A stretch of DNA of 64,000 nt. It comes from the human T2T-CHM13v2.0 reference genome, Homo sapiens. Shown one piece after another: positions 1 to 15,884 of this stretch. Within the stretch, counting starts at the first letter, position 1. Each line of letters starts with the position of its first letter. The notes under the pieces were generated by a model. That model ran no database searches and was not told where the DNA came from. It saw only the letters and a program-made list of their open reading frames with translations. A program made the translations under genes and the position numbers. Location of the stretch: assembly GCF_009914755.1 (NCBI RefSeq), contig NC_060932.1. The stretch is one strand, 5' to 3'.

Positions 1-931
1 TTGGTAAAAAATATAGGAGGTAAACAATGGAAACAAATGATGTGCTGCATGGAGCTCATTTCACTCTGCTGAATTCTAAAGTATGCAGTAAAATATTTTA
101 AGTAATTTCAGTGTCTTTTAGGATTTCCCATACTCCCTTGTCAATTAAATATTATTTCTGTTCTTACATTTTGTCTTACATTTTTAAAAAATAAAGTAAA
201 AAATAAGGAAGCTTTTAAATATTTAGTTATAAGATACTGTATAATATGTGCATAAGATTTACAACTGAAGCAAAACTGTACAGGACATATCAAAGGCACA
301 GAATATTGTCACTGATAATTCTTTAGGCACCCATTGTATTGGACATAAATATGTTTTCTTTGCAATTATACTGTTTCCATGAAATACTTCTTTTAGTGAT
401 CAGCATAAAATTGTATAATAATTACCTTTACAATTTTGAGATTTAGTGTATTTCTTAATTTAAGGATGCTACCTTTAGGGCATTATTAATACAACTGTAT
501 AAACCAGAATTGTAAACAATGACCAGTGACAATTGCATGAGATGTGAGTAGACTTGGCAGCTCTGTGAGATGTAGGAAGCACATGGTATCAAGCTATATG
601 TCATGAAAAGTAAGGTGTGCAAGGTACACACTCATTGAGAATATCAGACAAAAAATGCCTCTGCTCAATTTTCAAAAATTAGTCTCTCTTTTGAAATTTG
701 TAATGTTATATTAAACTTTAACTCAGTATGTATTGCTCCTAGAGTTATTTGGCTCAGCAGTGTGGAATTTAATTTTGTAAGAAGTTGGGGGAATATACAG
801 AAATAAAATATTAAAATATATTACATTTTCTCTGGTTTGATATCTAAATACAGTGAATATACAAAAAGATAGTTGACTTTTGGACTTTTTAAAGAGGAAA
901 TTTCTTAATTATTTGCTCTTGTCCCTTACAG

Positions 932-1089
932 ATTGCAGATTTTGGTTTATCAAAGTGGCGCATGATGTCCCTCTCACAGTCACGAAGTAGCAAATCTGCA
1001 CCAGAAGGAGGGACAATTATCTATATGCCACCTGAAAACTATGAACCTGGACAAAAATCAAGGGCCAGTATCAAGCACGATATATATAG
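932..1089 (+). CDS. RIPK2: RIPK2 coding exon 4 (kinase DFG motif and activation loop)
   Basis: cag| acceptor, 158 nt, |gtagag donor. Translates [53 protein letters not shown]176 codon at 974-976, K209 at 1073-1075. Confidence 0.98.
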
Positions 1090-2900
1090 GTAGAGTAAAG
1101 TTGCTTCTGCTCAGATTTAACCTTGTCTCAGACACAAAATTAGTCAACCAGAATTTTGAAGCTACATTTTAAACTGTGATTTTTATTCTTCTCTCATAAT
1201 TGTGGTGAAAATAAACTTGAGGCCCCACGGTGATTAATATTTTTCAAATTAAGGAAATTTAATGATTTGCTTTAAGAAACTTTTACATCCTTTAAGAAAT
1301 TTTAAAGCATCTCTTCTTATCCTATCAATTTATAATATAATAGTTAAGGATTTTTATCATATGTGACTTGGAAATGCAGAGGGAAACAGTGGTTCCTAAC
1401 ATTTTAGCTTTAGGTTTCTCAACCTGTTCAACCTTTTAGCTTTTGATATCTATATATCTTTTTAGATAAATAGACAAACTCTTAATCACACTGGGGATAT
1501 TTCTATTTAAAGAATCCCTAATATTTGTATATGTGTGAATTTTTTATACAACAAATCAATGGGTTTGATAAGATCATATTTTCATATTTCAGATGCATAT
1601 TACTTATAATCTCATAATGCAGTAATAAGCATAACACATTGTTATTGACACTGGTTATTTAACCAGAATAAAAGGAAGATGATTATTTACACAGGTTTAG
1701 GAGATGGGGACATTCACCTCATGTATAAGTTACTCTTATCTCTTTTAATATACTAATGAATGCAAAAGCAGACTCTCTAAGTTTGCTCTGAACACATTTT
1801 ATAGTCCTTTAAATGGCTTTTTGCCATCTTTAATAAATAATTTGTTAATGAATCATTTTAGGAATGAATGCTATATCTCTACCAGAAAACTATATATTTA
1901 ATTAAATTGCATATTCCTTTTCTTCAAAAGCATTTTAATTTTTGTTATTTCTCATTAAAACCAAAGCCAGCCAATCCATTTTAGTGGCTGCACTAAAACA
2001 ATTCATACAGTGTCTTTTACATTCACATTGTATGAATATAAGAAACTGTCCTTTTATATTTTGTTTTCTGATATTTTTAATTCATTCTGAATGATGTACT
2101 GAGGGGAGGAGAAATGTATTTATAGCTTCCTAAGGTAGAGATCATGTTCTACCCAACAATTCTTAAAGCTGGTTTGATTCTATAAAAATGGGCCAATAAA
2201 TCTGCCAGTCATTCATTTTGTGAATTTTCCCTTTATGTTCAATTTCAATATTCTCTGTCAGGGAAAAATGAGGAAATATTATTCCTTCATTTGGGTAGGA
2301 ATTCCCTCTGTACTCCTCGCTCTCCCTGTAACACAAGGTGTTAGTAGTAATAAATTCTATGTGTCCATTTTGAATGCATGGTTAATGTTGGGGTGTGGCA
2401 AAATTCTTATATCCTATTTAACCATTTATTCTAATTATAAACTCTATGCAGCTTAACCCTGTAATTGACATCTGAAGTTAAACTGTAGGCAAGATATTTC
2501 TACTACCAAAGAAGATAGTGCTGAGAGCAGAAAAAAGGCAGTAGAATAGAGCTCCATGAGACAATTTTTTTCTTGTTCTTTGTTCTTTGTGAAAAATAAT
2601 ATCATTTAATTAAAGGGCATAGCTTATCTGGGTGTCCAAGAATTAAATCATCCACAAAAAGTTAATCTTGCATGTAACGTTAAGCTTGTATTACAGTAAT
2701 TTCCTAATTTTTTAACTTAAAGTTGATTTTGTTTCCAAACTACATGAGCATTTATCATCTTCATTGTATACAGTAATTCTTTGCTGCCTTATCACTTTGA
2801 AAAATGGTATCTTCAGTCAGCTTTTAAAAATAGTGCTATTTTAGTTTATTATGCAGAGTTCATTTAAAATATGTAACATGTATGTTCTTATGTTAAACAG

Positions 2901-2950
2901 CTATGCAGTTATCACATGGGAAGTGTTATCCAGAAAACAGCCTTTTGAAG
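2901..2950 (+). CDS. RIPK2: RIPK2 coding exon 5
   Basis: aaacag| acceptor, 50 nt, |gtaagt donor. Translates (S)YAVITWEVLSRKQPFE, in phase with exons 4 and 6. Confidence 0.97.
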
Positions 2951-3826
2951 GTAAGTATGGTTTGACTTTTTTATGCTCAATAACATCATGTTAGTAGGTC
3001 ACTCTCAGAACTATCTAAAAATCATGTTATTTTAAATCTGCTTATTCATTTTGTGGAAAACACACTAAAACAACCATTTATCAGTTGTGAATGCATCACA
3101 TACTGCAAAATATACCGGGTTAAGGATCCAGTTGTGAGTCTACTATATACTGGAAAATGTACTGGATTAAGGATCAGAAAAACCCAGATTTTAATTCTTG
3201 TTCTGACAGTAATTAGCTCTGTGATCAAGTCACAAATCTCTTGCGTCCTCATTTTTGTCGCCTGCATAATAAGAATTTTAAATTACTATTTCCAAGTTCT
3301 AGTCTAGCTGTAAAATTATTTATATGATAATTTAATTACTACCCCCTCTATAAAGACTAGCAAATATCGAAGACTAATCTGTCCTTTTTATTCCCTGAAA
3401 ATATTGTTTATTTCTTTATTTTGAGGTTTGTGTAGGTCAGCTTGTTGTGTAACAAAAAACAACCTCGGAATCTCCGTAGCTTATGAAATAAACATTTATT
3501 TCTCATTCACATTAAATATTGGTTGCTGTAGCCCTTCTTAGTTCTGCAAGGTTTCGCTCAGCTCTGCTTTACAAATACTCTGTTGACCAAATCCAATCAC
3601 ATGGTCAAGCCCAAAATTAATGAGGTGAGGATATAAACTCATTCCATAGGAATCAGACAAGTCTGGCAATGGTTTGGGGTATATATATTCCTTTTACAGA
3701 AAGGGGGGTAAGGCATCATTCCTAAAATTTCAATATTCACTTATTTTCTTTTAGTTAGTTTTAGATGTAAGTAATATGCTTAATCATAATATATTACTAA
3801 TGAATGCAATCTATTTGTTTTGACAG

Positions 3827-3988
3827 ATGTCACCAATCCTTTGCAGATAATGTATAGTGTGTCACAAGGACATCGACCTGTTATTAATGAAGAAAGTTTG
3901 CCATATGATATACCTCACCGAGCACGTATGATCTCTCTAATAGAAAGTGGATGGGCACAAAATCCAGATGAAAGACCATCTTTCTTAA
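3827..3988 (+). CDS. RIPK2: RIPK2 coding exon 6
   Basis: tgacag| acceptor, 162 nt, |gtgagt donor. Translates (D)[53 protein letters not shown]. Codon 259 is ATA (Ile) at 3910-3912. Confidence 0.98.
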
Positions 3989-4929
3989 GTGAGTATATAG
4001 TTTTAACCTAGACTCTTTGAATTACAGAATTAGTTAATATACTGTGAATAAAATATTCCTTGAAAAATTGTGCAAATTAGATGACTAGCTAGAAGTTGTT
4101 TAAATTATTTTCTGTCTTATCATAGCATTTATATATGAGTAACTCCTTCTAGAGCAGAATTGAGAATTCCTAACAAAAAAGAGAAATCGTGTGATAGGAG
4201 TAACAATTTCTTTCATATATTTAACAAATATGTCTTAAACCCCTACCATGTGCTATGTATATACTGGAGTGAGCCCTGGGAACAGAGTAGTAAACAAGAC
4301 AAACTTTCTGTAGCTAGTTCACATTCTAGTTGAGAAGGCAGAGTGAAAACAAATAAATAAGCAAGATACACAAATTGTGACAGTCTTATAAGGAAATAAG
4401 CAAGGTAATAGACTAATTAAGGGAGGGAAACAAAGGCCTTTTTTTAGGGGCAAACATTTGAGCTGACATTTGAAGCTTGAAAAAGAGCCAGTCATTCAAA
4501 TGCTGAAGAAAGAGTATTCAGCCAAACAAAACAGCAAGCATAAAGGCTCTGAGCCTAGAAGAGGAAAAAGTTTTATATTCTCAAGAAACAGTGAGAAGGC
4601 CTGTGTGGCTGGAATACAGTGAGCAAGGAAAGGAATTAGATGATATTGGAGAGTTAAGAGAGAGGCTATTGGCCATCATAAAAAGGTTAGATTTTTATTC
4701 CAAGTGCAATGGAAAGCCATTAAAGTATCTTTTGCAGGGAAGTGACATGATCTGATAGAAGTTTAGGTGAAATTCTTACTGCTGTGTGGAAAGTTGATTG
4801 GAGAAAGACAAAAGTGGAAGCAAAGAGGCTAGAAAAGACACTTTCAGGAATATTCTAATTAAGGTGGAAATTCTGAAGACAGAAGAGTTACAGAATTAAG
4901 ATAGTATTTCAGAGGTAGAATGGATCAGA

Positions 4930-5788
4930 CATCCAAATGTAAATGTAGGAGAAAATCTTCATGACCTAGGGTTAGGCAGAATCTTTAAATATGACATCAA
5001 AAATAAATAGGATTCATTAAAAAATTTATAATCAGACTTTGCAAACATTGGAAACTTTTCCACTTCGAAAGGTACTATTGAGAAAAGAGAAAGCCAGGCA
5101 TTTAGTGTCCACGACTTTAGTCCCAGGTACTTAGGAGGCTGAGGCAGGAGGATCACTTGAGCCCAGGAGTTTGAGGATGTGTAATAGTGCACTGTGATCG
5201 TGCCTATGAATAGCTACTGCACTCCAACCTGGGCAACATAGCAAGACCTCATTTCCAAGAAGGAAAAAAAAAAGCAGAGCCACAGACTGGGAGAAAATAT
5301 TTGCATAACATGTATCTGCTAAAGGGCTTGATTCTAGAATATATAAAAAACCCTGACAAGTCAATAATAGGACATATAGCCCTATTTTTAAATGAGTAAA
5401 AGATTTGAATTTCACCAAGGGAGATATACAAATAGCTAAAAAGCACATAAAATGATGCTTAATATTATTAGTCATTTGGAAATGCAAATTAAAACTGCAA
5501 TGAGTTACCACTTCATACCCACAAAATAGCTATAATTAAAGACAGAAAATAACAAGTGTTGACAGTGATGTGGCAGAACCAAAATCCGTATACATTGTTG
5601 GTGGGAATATAAAATGATGCTGCCACTTTGGAAAACGGTTTGGCAGTTTCTTAAAAATGAAAGATAAATTTACCATACAACCAAGCAATCCACTAACAGG
5701 TAAACCAAGAGAAATGAAAACATATGTTCACACAGTTGTATGTGATTAGTGATAGCAGCATTGTTTATAATAGCCAGCAAGTAGAAAC
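4930..5788 (+). mobile_element. old L1M ORF2 3' fragment
   Basis: L1-like text: gagaaaatatttgc, ggaaatgcaaattaaaac, ccactttggaaaac, gagaaatgaaaacatatgt. Confidence 0.85.
5094..5273 (+). mobile_element. FAM (fossil Alu monomer) inside L1M
   Basis: Monomer with the 7SL-like segment atgaatagctactgcactcc and an A-rich tail. Confidence 0.8.
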
Positions 5789-6315
5789 GGTCATAATTAC
5801 TGCTGCTACTACTACAACAATACATGAATCTGTTGTTCCAGGAAGAGTCCAGGATCCTAATATAAAATTGAACATCACTAACATATTGATAGTCTGGACT
5901 GGTTCATCTAAGAAGGGAATATACATAGCAAAGAGAGGACCCATAGTAAAGCTCTGAGGCATTCCAGCACTTAGAAATTGAGAAGAGGAAGAAGAAAAAG
6001 GATTAAGGAAGAGAAGACAGTAGAGAGTGTAGTCCTTGTGTCTTGGAAGTCAAGGAGGGGTATAGTCGGACATGTTTAATCTGCCAGGAGGCCAAATGAG
6101 ATAAGCAGGATTTTCCAACATTGTCATCACCGGTAATCCAAACAAATGGAGTTTTAATAGAGAGATGTAAACAGAAGACTGATGTACATTTAAAAAAAAT
6201 AGAAAGAAGTGAAGGCAAATATGGAAAATTCCAGCAAGATGCTTGGCTCTGAACAGAAGCAGAAAAAAATGAGGTGATAGCTAAAGGATGATATGGGGTC
6301 AAAATTTTTTCCTAT

Positions 6316-6651
<336 letters not shown>

Positions 6652-7497
6652 TTACTTTATCTGGAAAAAATACTCTACTGGAAAAAATGATCCAGTAGAG
6701 AGTCAGAGATTGTCAGTGCAAGAACTGAGAGAGAGTATCAGAAACAGAATGCTGGAGAGGTGGAGGAAATGGTATTCAGAATGCAAGTGATACTGTTTAC
6801 ATTTGTATGAGTATATGGACACTTTTTTCTACTGTAAGAGAAATGAGGTTGGAGAGATGGATACAAGTACAAGAAGTTTGTAGATCTGGTTATAGAACCC
6901 TGAAGGAATTCCCTCTCATGGCTTCTATTTTCTCAGTGTAGTATGAGAGCAGATGATCAGCTAGCTCAAAGGAAACATGGAGGATGGGATGTAAGAGGCT
7001 GAAAAAGGGAAGATAAAGTACAATGCCTATTACCCCTGCCTTCCCTTTCTAAGTTCAGAATATATTAAGAAAAAGCCGAGGAAGAAAGATAGATGTTGAT
7101 CAGAATATCAGTTTCATTACTGATAAAGCTAATTGGAGAATGTACCTTTAGATCTGCAGCCAAATGGGCTTAGTAGCATTTTACCCCTACAGTTGATAGC
7201 TTTACCAGCCCACCACAGGCCTCACCCTGCTTCTACATAGGGAAGCAGAAAATGTATGCATTCTTTAGGCAAGCTGACTTTTAAAAGAAGGAGAAAACTG
7301 CAAAGGTACCAAATAAGCATGCTTAGTTTTTCTCCAAGTTTAATAAATGAGGTAAGTCTGAGGGGCAGAAAGGAGCTGGAAGAATTCCTCCTATACTTCT
7401 CTTTCCTGAGGATTGAACTGGAAATGTCATCTTCCTGTTGGAAACATGAAGAAAAGGACTTAAGTGTCTCCTCCAACAGTACGAGATAATTATGTAA

Positions 7498-7850
7498 GAC
7501 AGCAATTCTCAAACTTAGATCTCAAGACTCTTCAAAATTATTGAGGACTTCAAAGAGCTTTTGTATGTGTGGGTAATATCTATTAGCATTTACTGTATTA
7601 GAAATTAAAACCAAGGAATTTTAAAATGTAGGAATATACAAGAACACATTCCATTATCTGTTGAAGCAGTGATCTTATCACACCTTATTTATGGGCCTCT
7701 GGATAAATCCACTATATACTTGTTTGGGGATGACAGTGAACAGGGAAAATAATGTCTTAGTACTTGTTATTTTGAATATAGTTTTGACTTCATGAACCCT
7801 CAGGAACCACCCCCGCCAGGGGTCCCTGGACCACACTTTAAGAACCACTT
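7498..7850. mobile_element. hAT-Charlie DNA transposon remnant
   Basis: cagcaattctcaaact ... ccacactttaagaaccact inverted-type ends. A related copy lies at 33440-33840. Confidence 0.65.
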
Positions 7851-7959
7851 ATCTATGAGAACAGAATAGTAGATGTATTTAGGAAGCAAAATAGGATTGC
7901 TGAGAAGTGGTATTTAGTGTCTAGTTTGGGCCGTTAATTTAGAGAAACCAGCGACCCCA

Positions 7960-8345
7960 CTTCTGGCCAAGATGGAGTAACTGGGGCCAATTTACCCTCC
8001 TGCCTGAAACAACCAAAAAACCTAGACAAAATATGTGAAACTGGTTTTTAAGACACTAAATATCAGGAAACAAAGAGCAGCAATCTCTGATGGATGGGAA
8101 ACAAATGAAGTGAGCCTTCCGATTGCCCAGCTTCCTGCCTTGAGAGTTTCTAGATGCAGCATGGGGAGAGGAAACAGGTGGAACCCAGTGGACACTCAGG
8201 GTCAAGGAAACAGGGATGACAGTGTGGGTAGACCAAGGCAGACAGACTTCATAGGACATTGCACCAGAAGGGAAAAGGTACACAGAGTGAGAACCCCAGA
8301 GATTTCAGAGGGTTCCTCTCAAGTATTCAGTGGAGCACTGATCAG
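7960..8345 (+). mobile_element. old L1M 5'UTR fragment
   Basis: cttctggccaagatggagtaac...cctcctgcctgaaacaacc resembles an old L1M 5' end. Confidence 0.6.
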
Positions 8346-8734
8346 TACAGGGTGAAGTCAGTAAGCCAAAAGCCAAAATCTTGAGCATAGGAGAAAGGAG
8401 AAGTTTGCAGAGAAGTAAGTATTGCCTAATGGCATGAACTTTAGAGGATCTAGAATTTTCACAGAAAGAAGAAATTACGATTTGGAAATGGCAAAGAGAG
8501 GACAACAGAGATATATACCCTTCCTCATGGCTCTGGAAAGAAAGAAACAAAATGTGAACCCATTACCTTAGCAACTTTTGATTTGTAAATATAATGCTGA
8601 TGAACAATGGATATAAGTATTGAATGAAAAATACAATGCATTATTTTTCTAGTAATAAGAACTTAGAGTTTATTTTTAAACTGTCTTAACTGAAATGGCC
8701 TATAAACATATCCAGCTTTGTATCTAATAGTACA

Positions 8735-8757
8735 GTGTGAGTGTGTGTGTGTGTGTG
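8735..8757. repeat. (GT)n microsatellite
   Basis: gtgtgagtgtgtgtgtgtgtgtg. Confidence 0.85.
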
Positions 8758-9459
8758 TTTAATTTATCACATTTCTTACAAAGTACTGTTGTCTGCCTTA
8801 GACATGTTTCATTTATAGCCATTGGGATGCTACTGGTTTTGTTGTTATTGTTAGGTTTTGAACTTTGTTTTTAAATGGAAGTACAACTTTTTTTTCCTAG
8901 GATGACTGTTTCCTATTTTCAGTGGGAAGGTACCATCATTGATTTATAAACACACTACTGCCTATACAGCCTGTCAGTTTTATTTTAAGGCTCTGGTGTA
9001 TATTGGAATGTTGAAAAGCAGATTCTGGGAACCTGAAAGGGAAAGGAAGAAAAAAAAATCAATAATAAGGAAAGTTTAAGTGTATTCAGTAAAGAAATTC
9101 TGTCAATAGGACCAAATGGAAGAACATGAAATTACAAAGGGATCTCTAGATACCAGAGTAAGCACAAGATGCCTACTTTTGGACAAACCTACTGAAAAGA
9201 AATGAAAAGTTCACAATGAAAGAAATTTTAATAAAAAAATAAAGGAAGCTTGAAAAACTAAAAGCAAGCAATATTTTTCCTTTTTTTAAAAAAAATATAG
9301 GTTAACTGAATTAAGGAAAAGAGGAAGATCAGTAAACCTTTGTTGAAAAAGTAACTAGAGAGTATATATTCTGAAAATGGATTTAACTGTTCAATTAATA
9401 TACATATTAAATGGCAAAGTAACACAGTAGCAGAGAGGAATCATATAATAAAGATTATT

Positions 9460-11100
<1,641 letters not shown>

Positions 11101-11235
11101 AAAAGCTCGTAAAACAGCTGAATGTCATCACTTTGGGGAAAAACTGACTTGAGGCCTTGTACATTAAATGTTAGCATTTCACTTTAATACTTAGAAGCAA
11201 TCTGAACTCAACCTGTATTTTTTTCTCTTATGTAG

Positions 11236-11321
11236 AATGTTTAATAGAACTTGAACCAGTTTTGAGAACATTTGAAGAGATAACTTTTCTTGAAGCTGTT
11301 ATTCAGCTAAAGAAAACAAAG
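11236..11321 (+). CDS. RIPK2: RIPK2 coding exon 7
   Basis: tgtag| acceptor, 86 nt, |gtaagt donor. Translates (K)[28 protein letters not shown]. Confidence 0.97.
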
Positions 11322-11550
11322 GTAAGTTGCTAAATGAAATGCTGGAAATTAGAAATTTAAACAACTATATAATATTCATGGAGATTTTTAGTTAAGTGTA
11401 GTTTTTAATATATATACTTTACACAGATATAAGCTACAGTTTTGGAGTGAGAAAATTTACCAGAGACTATGAATACTACTTTTCCTTTGTCACCAAAAGC
11501 TTTTCTATTTCATTCAAATGGCCACCTTCAGATTTTAAAGACATTTCCAG

Positions 11551-11690
11551 GACCAGGCGTGGTGACTCACACCTGTAATCCCAGCACTTTGAAGGCCAAG
11601 GCGAGTGAATCACTTGAGCCCAGGAGTTCGAGACCAGCTGGGCCACATAGCAAGACCCCACCTTTATTTAAAACGTAAAAAAAAAAAAAA
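11551..11690 (+). mobile_element. FLAM (free left Alu monomer)
   Basis: Left monomer plus A tail, with target-site duplication aaagacatttccag on both sides. Confidence 0.85.
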
Positions 11691-12145
11691 AGACATTTCC
11701 AGAACCCTTATATATCAGACATAAATTTAAAAATGTATAATCACAGCCAGTTGTGTACAATGAATGCACTGAGCCATTAGAGGTGTTTGTTTTTTAATGT
11801 ACATTTATTTTCCCAAAGTTGTAATGCCTAGAGAATAATAGATGTCTGGGTTCTCGCACTTCTCTTTTTATTTAATGTACATTTTTTTCTGAGATTCCTC
11901 GCCAAGTTTAGCTGTAGAATTTTTATTAAATTTGAGACCAAAGTGTGTTTGTGGTTTGTTTTTTCATTTTTCCTCTCAAACACTTCATGTTTTATAGACC
12001 AAGGTAGCAGTAACAGTTTATATGAATTACCTAGGAGAGTTGTATTAAATACTCAGTCTGATTCTTGTGGGTCGGAACAATTTAAGGGACCTATTACTGC
12101 AGGGGTTTTTTTTTTTTTAATATTACTCAAAATTGTTTAAAAAGC

Positions 12146-12206
12146 AACCACAGTTCATTAGGGCAAGTGCTAAACTATGCTTACTTTGCCCTAATGAACT
12201 GTGGTT
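12146..12206. repeat. perfect 21-bp inverted repeat (hairpin) with 19-nt loop
   Basis: aaccacagttcattagggcaa (12146-12166) is the exact reverse complement of ttgccctaatgaactgtggtt (12186-12206). Confidence 0.95.
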
Positions 12207-12515
12207 TGTTAGGGGATATAGGTTTCATTAAATTGTACTTAATATATGATATAAAAACCAGCAGTTAGCCAAACTCTTGGGGTGTGAACAAGCAACATCT
12301 ACAATTTTTATCACAAAATGACATTGCTTGCCTGCCCCTTGTGGGTTGCTGGATCTAGTGACATAACCCTTGGTTTCAAAGGGAAATGCATAAAGGAAGG
12401 AACTAAAGAGGAACTGTGTTTTCATTCTTTTAATAACTTTTCACTGGCTCCACCACTTCTGAGTAGGTAGTGTTTTCCAGAAAATACCAATTTCTCTCTT
12501 CCTTAATAGATTGAA

Positions 12516-12695
12516 TTTTTTTTTTTTTTTTTTTTTTAGTTTTTAAAGACAGGGTCTCCCTCTGTCGCCCAGGCTGGAGTGCCATGACAGGATCATAGCT
12601 CACTGCAACCTCGAAGTGCTGGGCTCAAGCAGTCCTCCCACCTCAGCATCTCCAATTGCTTGAAACTACAGGCGTGGGCTACCACACTCAGCTAC
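12516..12695 (-). mobile_element. Alu right monomer (FRAM/AluJ)
   Basis: T tract followed by gacagggtctccctctgtcgcccaggctggagtg. Confidence 0.8.
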
Positions 12696-12821
12696 TTTTT
12701 AAGTTGCCATATTTTTTCCACTCAGGATTGTTCTTTTTTTTAAAAAAAATCTTGTATCAATTCTGTGATACTTATAGGGCAAGAATATCATCTGATTTTT
12801 GTAGATAAGATAACTAAGGTA

Positions 12822-13581
12822 CAGTAGTCTTCCCTTATGCATGGGAGATACATTCCAAGACCCTGGTCAATGCCTGAAACCATGGGTAGCACTGAACCCT
12901 ATGTATACTGTACATACATACCTATCATACATACATACTTACTTTTCCCATGCATATATACCTATGATAAGGTTTAATTTATAAGATAGGCACAGTAATA
13001 TATTAACAATAACCGATAATAAAGTAGAACAATTCTAACAATATTCTGGCATCACTATTCTTGCACTTTGGGCCATTAGTAGTAAGAGTTGACTTAATTA
13101 GTAATAAGAGTTATTTGAACAGCCTAGGCAATGTGGCAAAAAAACATAACAAAACAAAACAAAAAATATAGCTGGGTGTGGTGGCACATGCCTGTAGTCG
13201 TAGCTACTGAGGGCTGAGATAGGAGGATCACTTGAACCCAGGAGGTAGAGGCTATAGTGAGCTGGCACTCCAGCCAGGGTGACAGAGTGAGACCCTGTCT
13301 CAAAAAAAAAAGTTACTTGAGTACAAGCACTGTGATCCTGACAGTTGTTCTGGTACTAACAGGGTGGTAGCTTATACAGCATGGATATGCTGGACAAAGG
13401 GATGATTCACATCCTGGGTGGAATGGAGCTGTAGGTTCATCATACTACTTAGAACTGCATGTGACTTAAAACTTATGAATTGTTTATTTCTAGAATTTTA
13501 CATTTAATATTTTCAAACCACAGTTGAGCAAGGGTAATGGAAACTGCGGAAAGTGAAACCAAGATAAGAGGGGGACTACCG
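12822..13581 (-). mobile_element. MER44/Tigger7-type DNA transposon with an internal partial AluJ (13118-13310)
   Basis: Terminal inverted repeats cagtagtcttcccttat ... ataagagggggactaccg, flanked by TA on both sides. Confidence 0.8.
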
Positions 13582-13684
13582 TATAGGGAAGTTAGTCACT
13601 TATGTACATCTCACACAGTAAGCTAATGTCAGGGACAACAGTAGAACACGAATTAAATAAGATTCTTCATAAAGAAATTTCTGA

Positions 13685-13820
<136 letters not shown>

Positions 13821-15210
13821 TTCTGAAAGCCAAAATTAGTAGGGAAATTTGTTTTGAGTTTCCTACATTTTTTCAACTCTTGGAATCAGCTCCCGTAATT
13901 TATGTTTTCCTAGGTAATTGGCTTCTAAATCTTGAATAATAAACACTGAATAAACATAGTTTTTCTTCAGTTGTTCATTTCTTCTTAGGGACAGATTCAC
14001 TAATTCACAAGTAATTTGAATTATCATAACTGATCAGTTATGAAAAACTGTTACTAATTCAAGGATATTGCATTATCAGAAATGTTTTGGCAAATTTTAT
14101 AAGCAGAGGAAAACCTCACATAACAGAGATAAAACCAAAAACTCATTTTAAAGGGTCATATAACAATATGTTTATAGATGTTTATTGAACTGCTGTGTAT
14201 AACGCCCTGTGCTAGGTACATTATATACACAGATGAATAAGAGTAATTTCCTTCTGAAGTTCCTTAGCCATGTAAATGGAGTATGCAGTCATAAATGTGC
14301 ATAATGGATGGCTGGGTGTGAATTCACCATTTTCCAAATTCTGAAGAGTAGTTGACATTATGATGGTCTGGGGAAGAAAATGATTGATAGGTTTGTATTT
14401 AAATCACTGAGTAGTGATGGAAACTAATCCAAGCCTAGCTTATATAGACAGGAATAAACCACTTAATTTTAACACAAAAGAATAGTATTTAAGTAAATCA
14501 TCTACTCAGCAGCTACCATTTATTGAATGCTTACAAGTAATGTTTGGGCCTTTTTGCATATATTACTTTTCATTTTCCTCACAGTAATCCTTCAAAATAG
14601 GAATTTTTATCTCCAGTGTACAGATAAGTAAACTGAGATTAAATCTAATGTCTCACGTCAAACAGATGTGGGTCTCTAAATCACATCTGATTGGCTCCAT
14701 GGCCCTGCCATTCCATTATTGACACTCTACCTCCTTTACTTAGTCCAAGCCTCAATCTCTTAACTATAAAATGAAAATAATAATAGTACTTACAGGCACA
14801 GTGCCTAAAATGTGGTAAATACTTAACTATAGATAGACATACAATCACACTCCCAAAAATTCCCAAAAATTTATTAAGTACCTAGTTTATACCAGATATT
14901 TCATATTTATAAGCTCAATCTCTAGAACCATCCTGCATGTAGGTAATTGTTAGATTTCGAGGATGAAGCTCTGAGACACTGAGAGAAGGTAACCAATTAA
15001 TATGAGCCAGGATTCAAAGTCTGTGTTTCTAAAGTTATTTCCCGTTCTACACTGTCTTTTCCTTCAGTTATATGTTATATTCTCAACTCTTTATATTTTC
15101 TTTCCATGTATTTTGTACAAACATATAAAATGTGTTAGATTGTATTTTACTTCTATAATTTCCTAATCATCTCCAGTTAAAGTGTATATATATTTATGTA
15201 TTCATTACAG

Positions 15211-15300
15211 TTACAGAGTGTTTCAAGTGCCATTCACCTATGTGACAAGAAGAAAATGGAATTATCTCTGAACATACCTGTAAATCATGGTCCACAAGAG
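15211..15300 (+). CDS. RIPK2: RIPK2 coding exon 8
   Basis: ttacag| acceptor, 90 nt, donor GT followed by A24. Translates [30 protein letters not shown]. Confidence 0.97.
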
Positions 15301-15884
15301 GTAAAAAAAAAAAAAAAAAAAAAAAAGGTTATATTAAACTCAAAATGTGAGAAGAATTTGAAAAAATCATTTGGTCTAAGCCCTTCTTTTATAGAAGGAA
15401 AACTAAAGCCCAGGGAGCTTTTAGGATTTGTTTGGTAGCTCATGTCAATCTCCAACTTGAAACCCAGCTGTACTGATTCTCAGTTCATTGTTCATCCCAT
15501 CAAATCACAATTATTGCTTCTTTGTTTGACATTGAGTTCTGTCCCTGTCATTGTTTTATACAATAAATGATATCCCAGGGTATTATGTAGGCAAATCATT
15601 GATTACAGTTTTAACACTGTATTTATGCTACCTTGTTCTTACCTCTTATAATAATTAATGAGAGGAAAACATTGCTGCCTAGGAAGAAAGATCTCTTTAG
15701 TAGCATTCAATCAGACTTATATTAGTCTGAATTAGTAATTTCTTTTAAGAATGTATATGTATGTTCATTTTACAGAATTAGAAAAGTAACATAGATTGAG
15801 CATCCCTAATCCAAAAATCCAAAGCCCTCCACAGTCCAAAACTTTGAACACCAACATGATGCCACAAGTGGAAAATTCCACACC

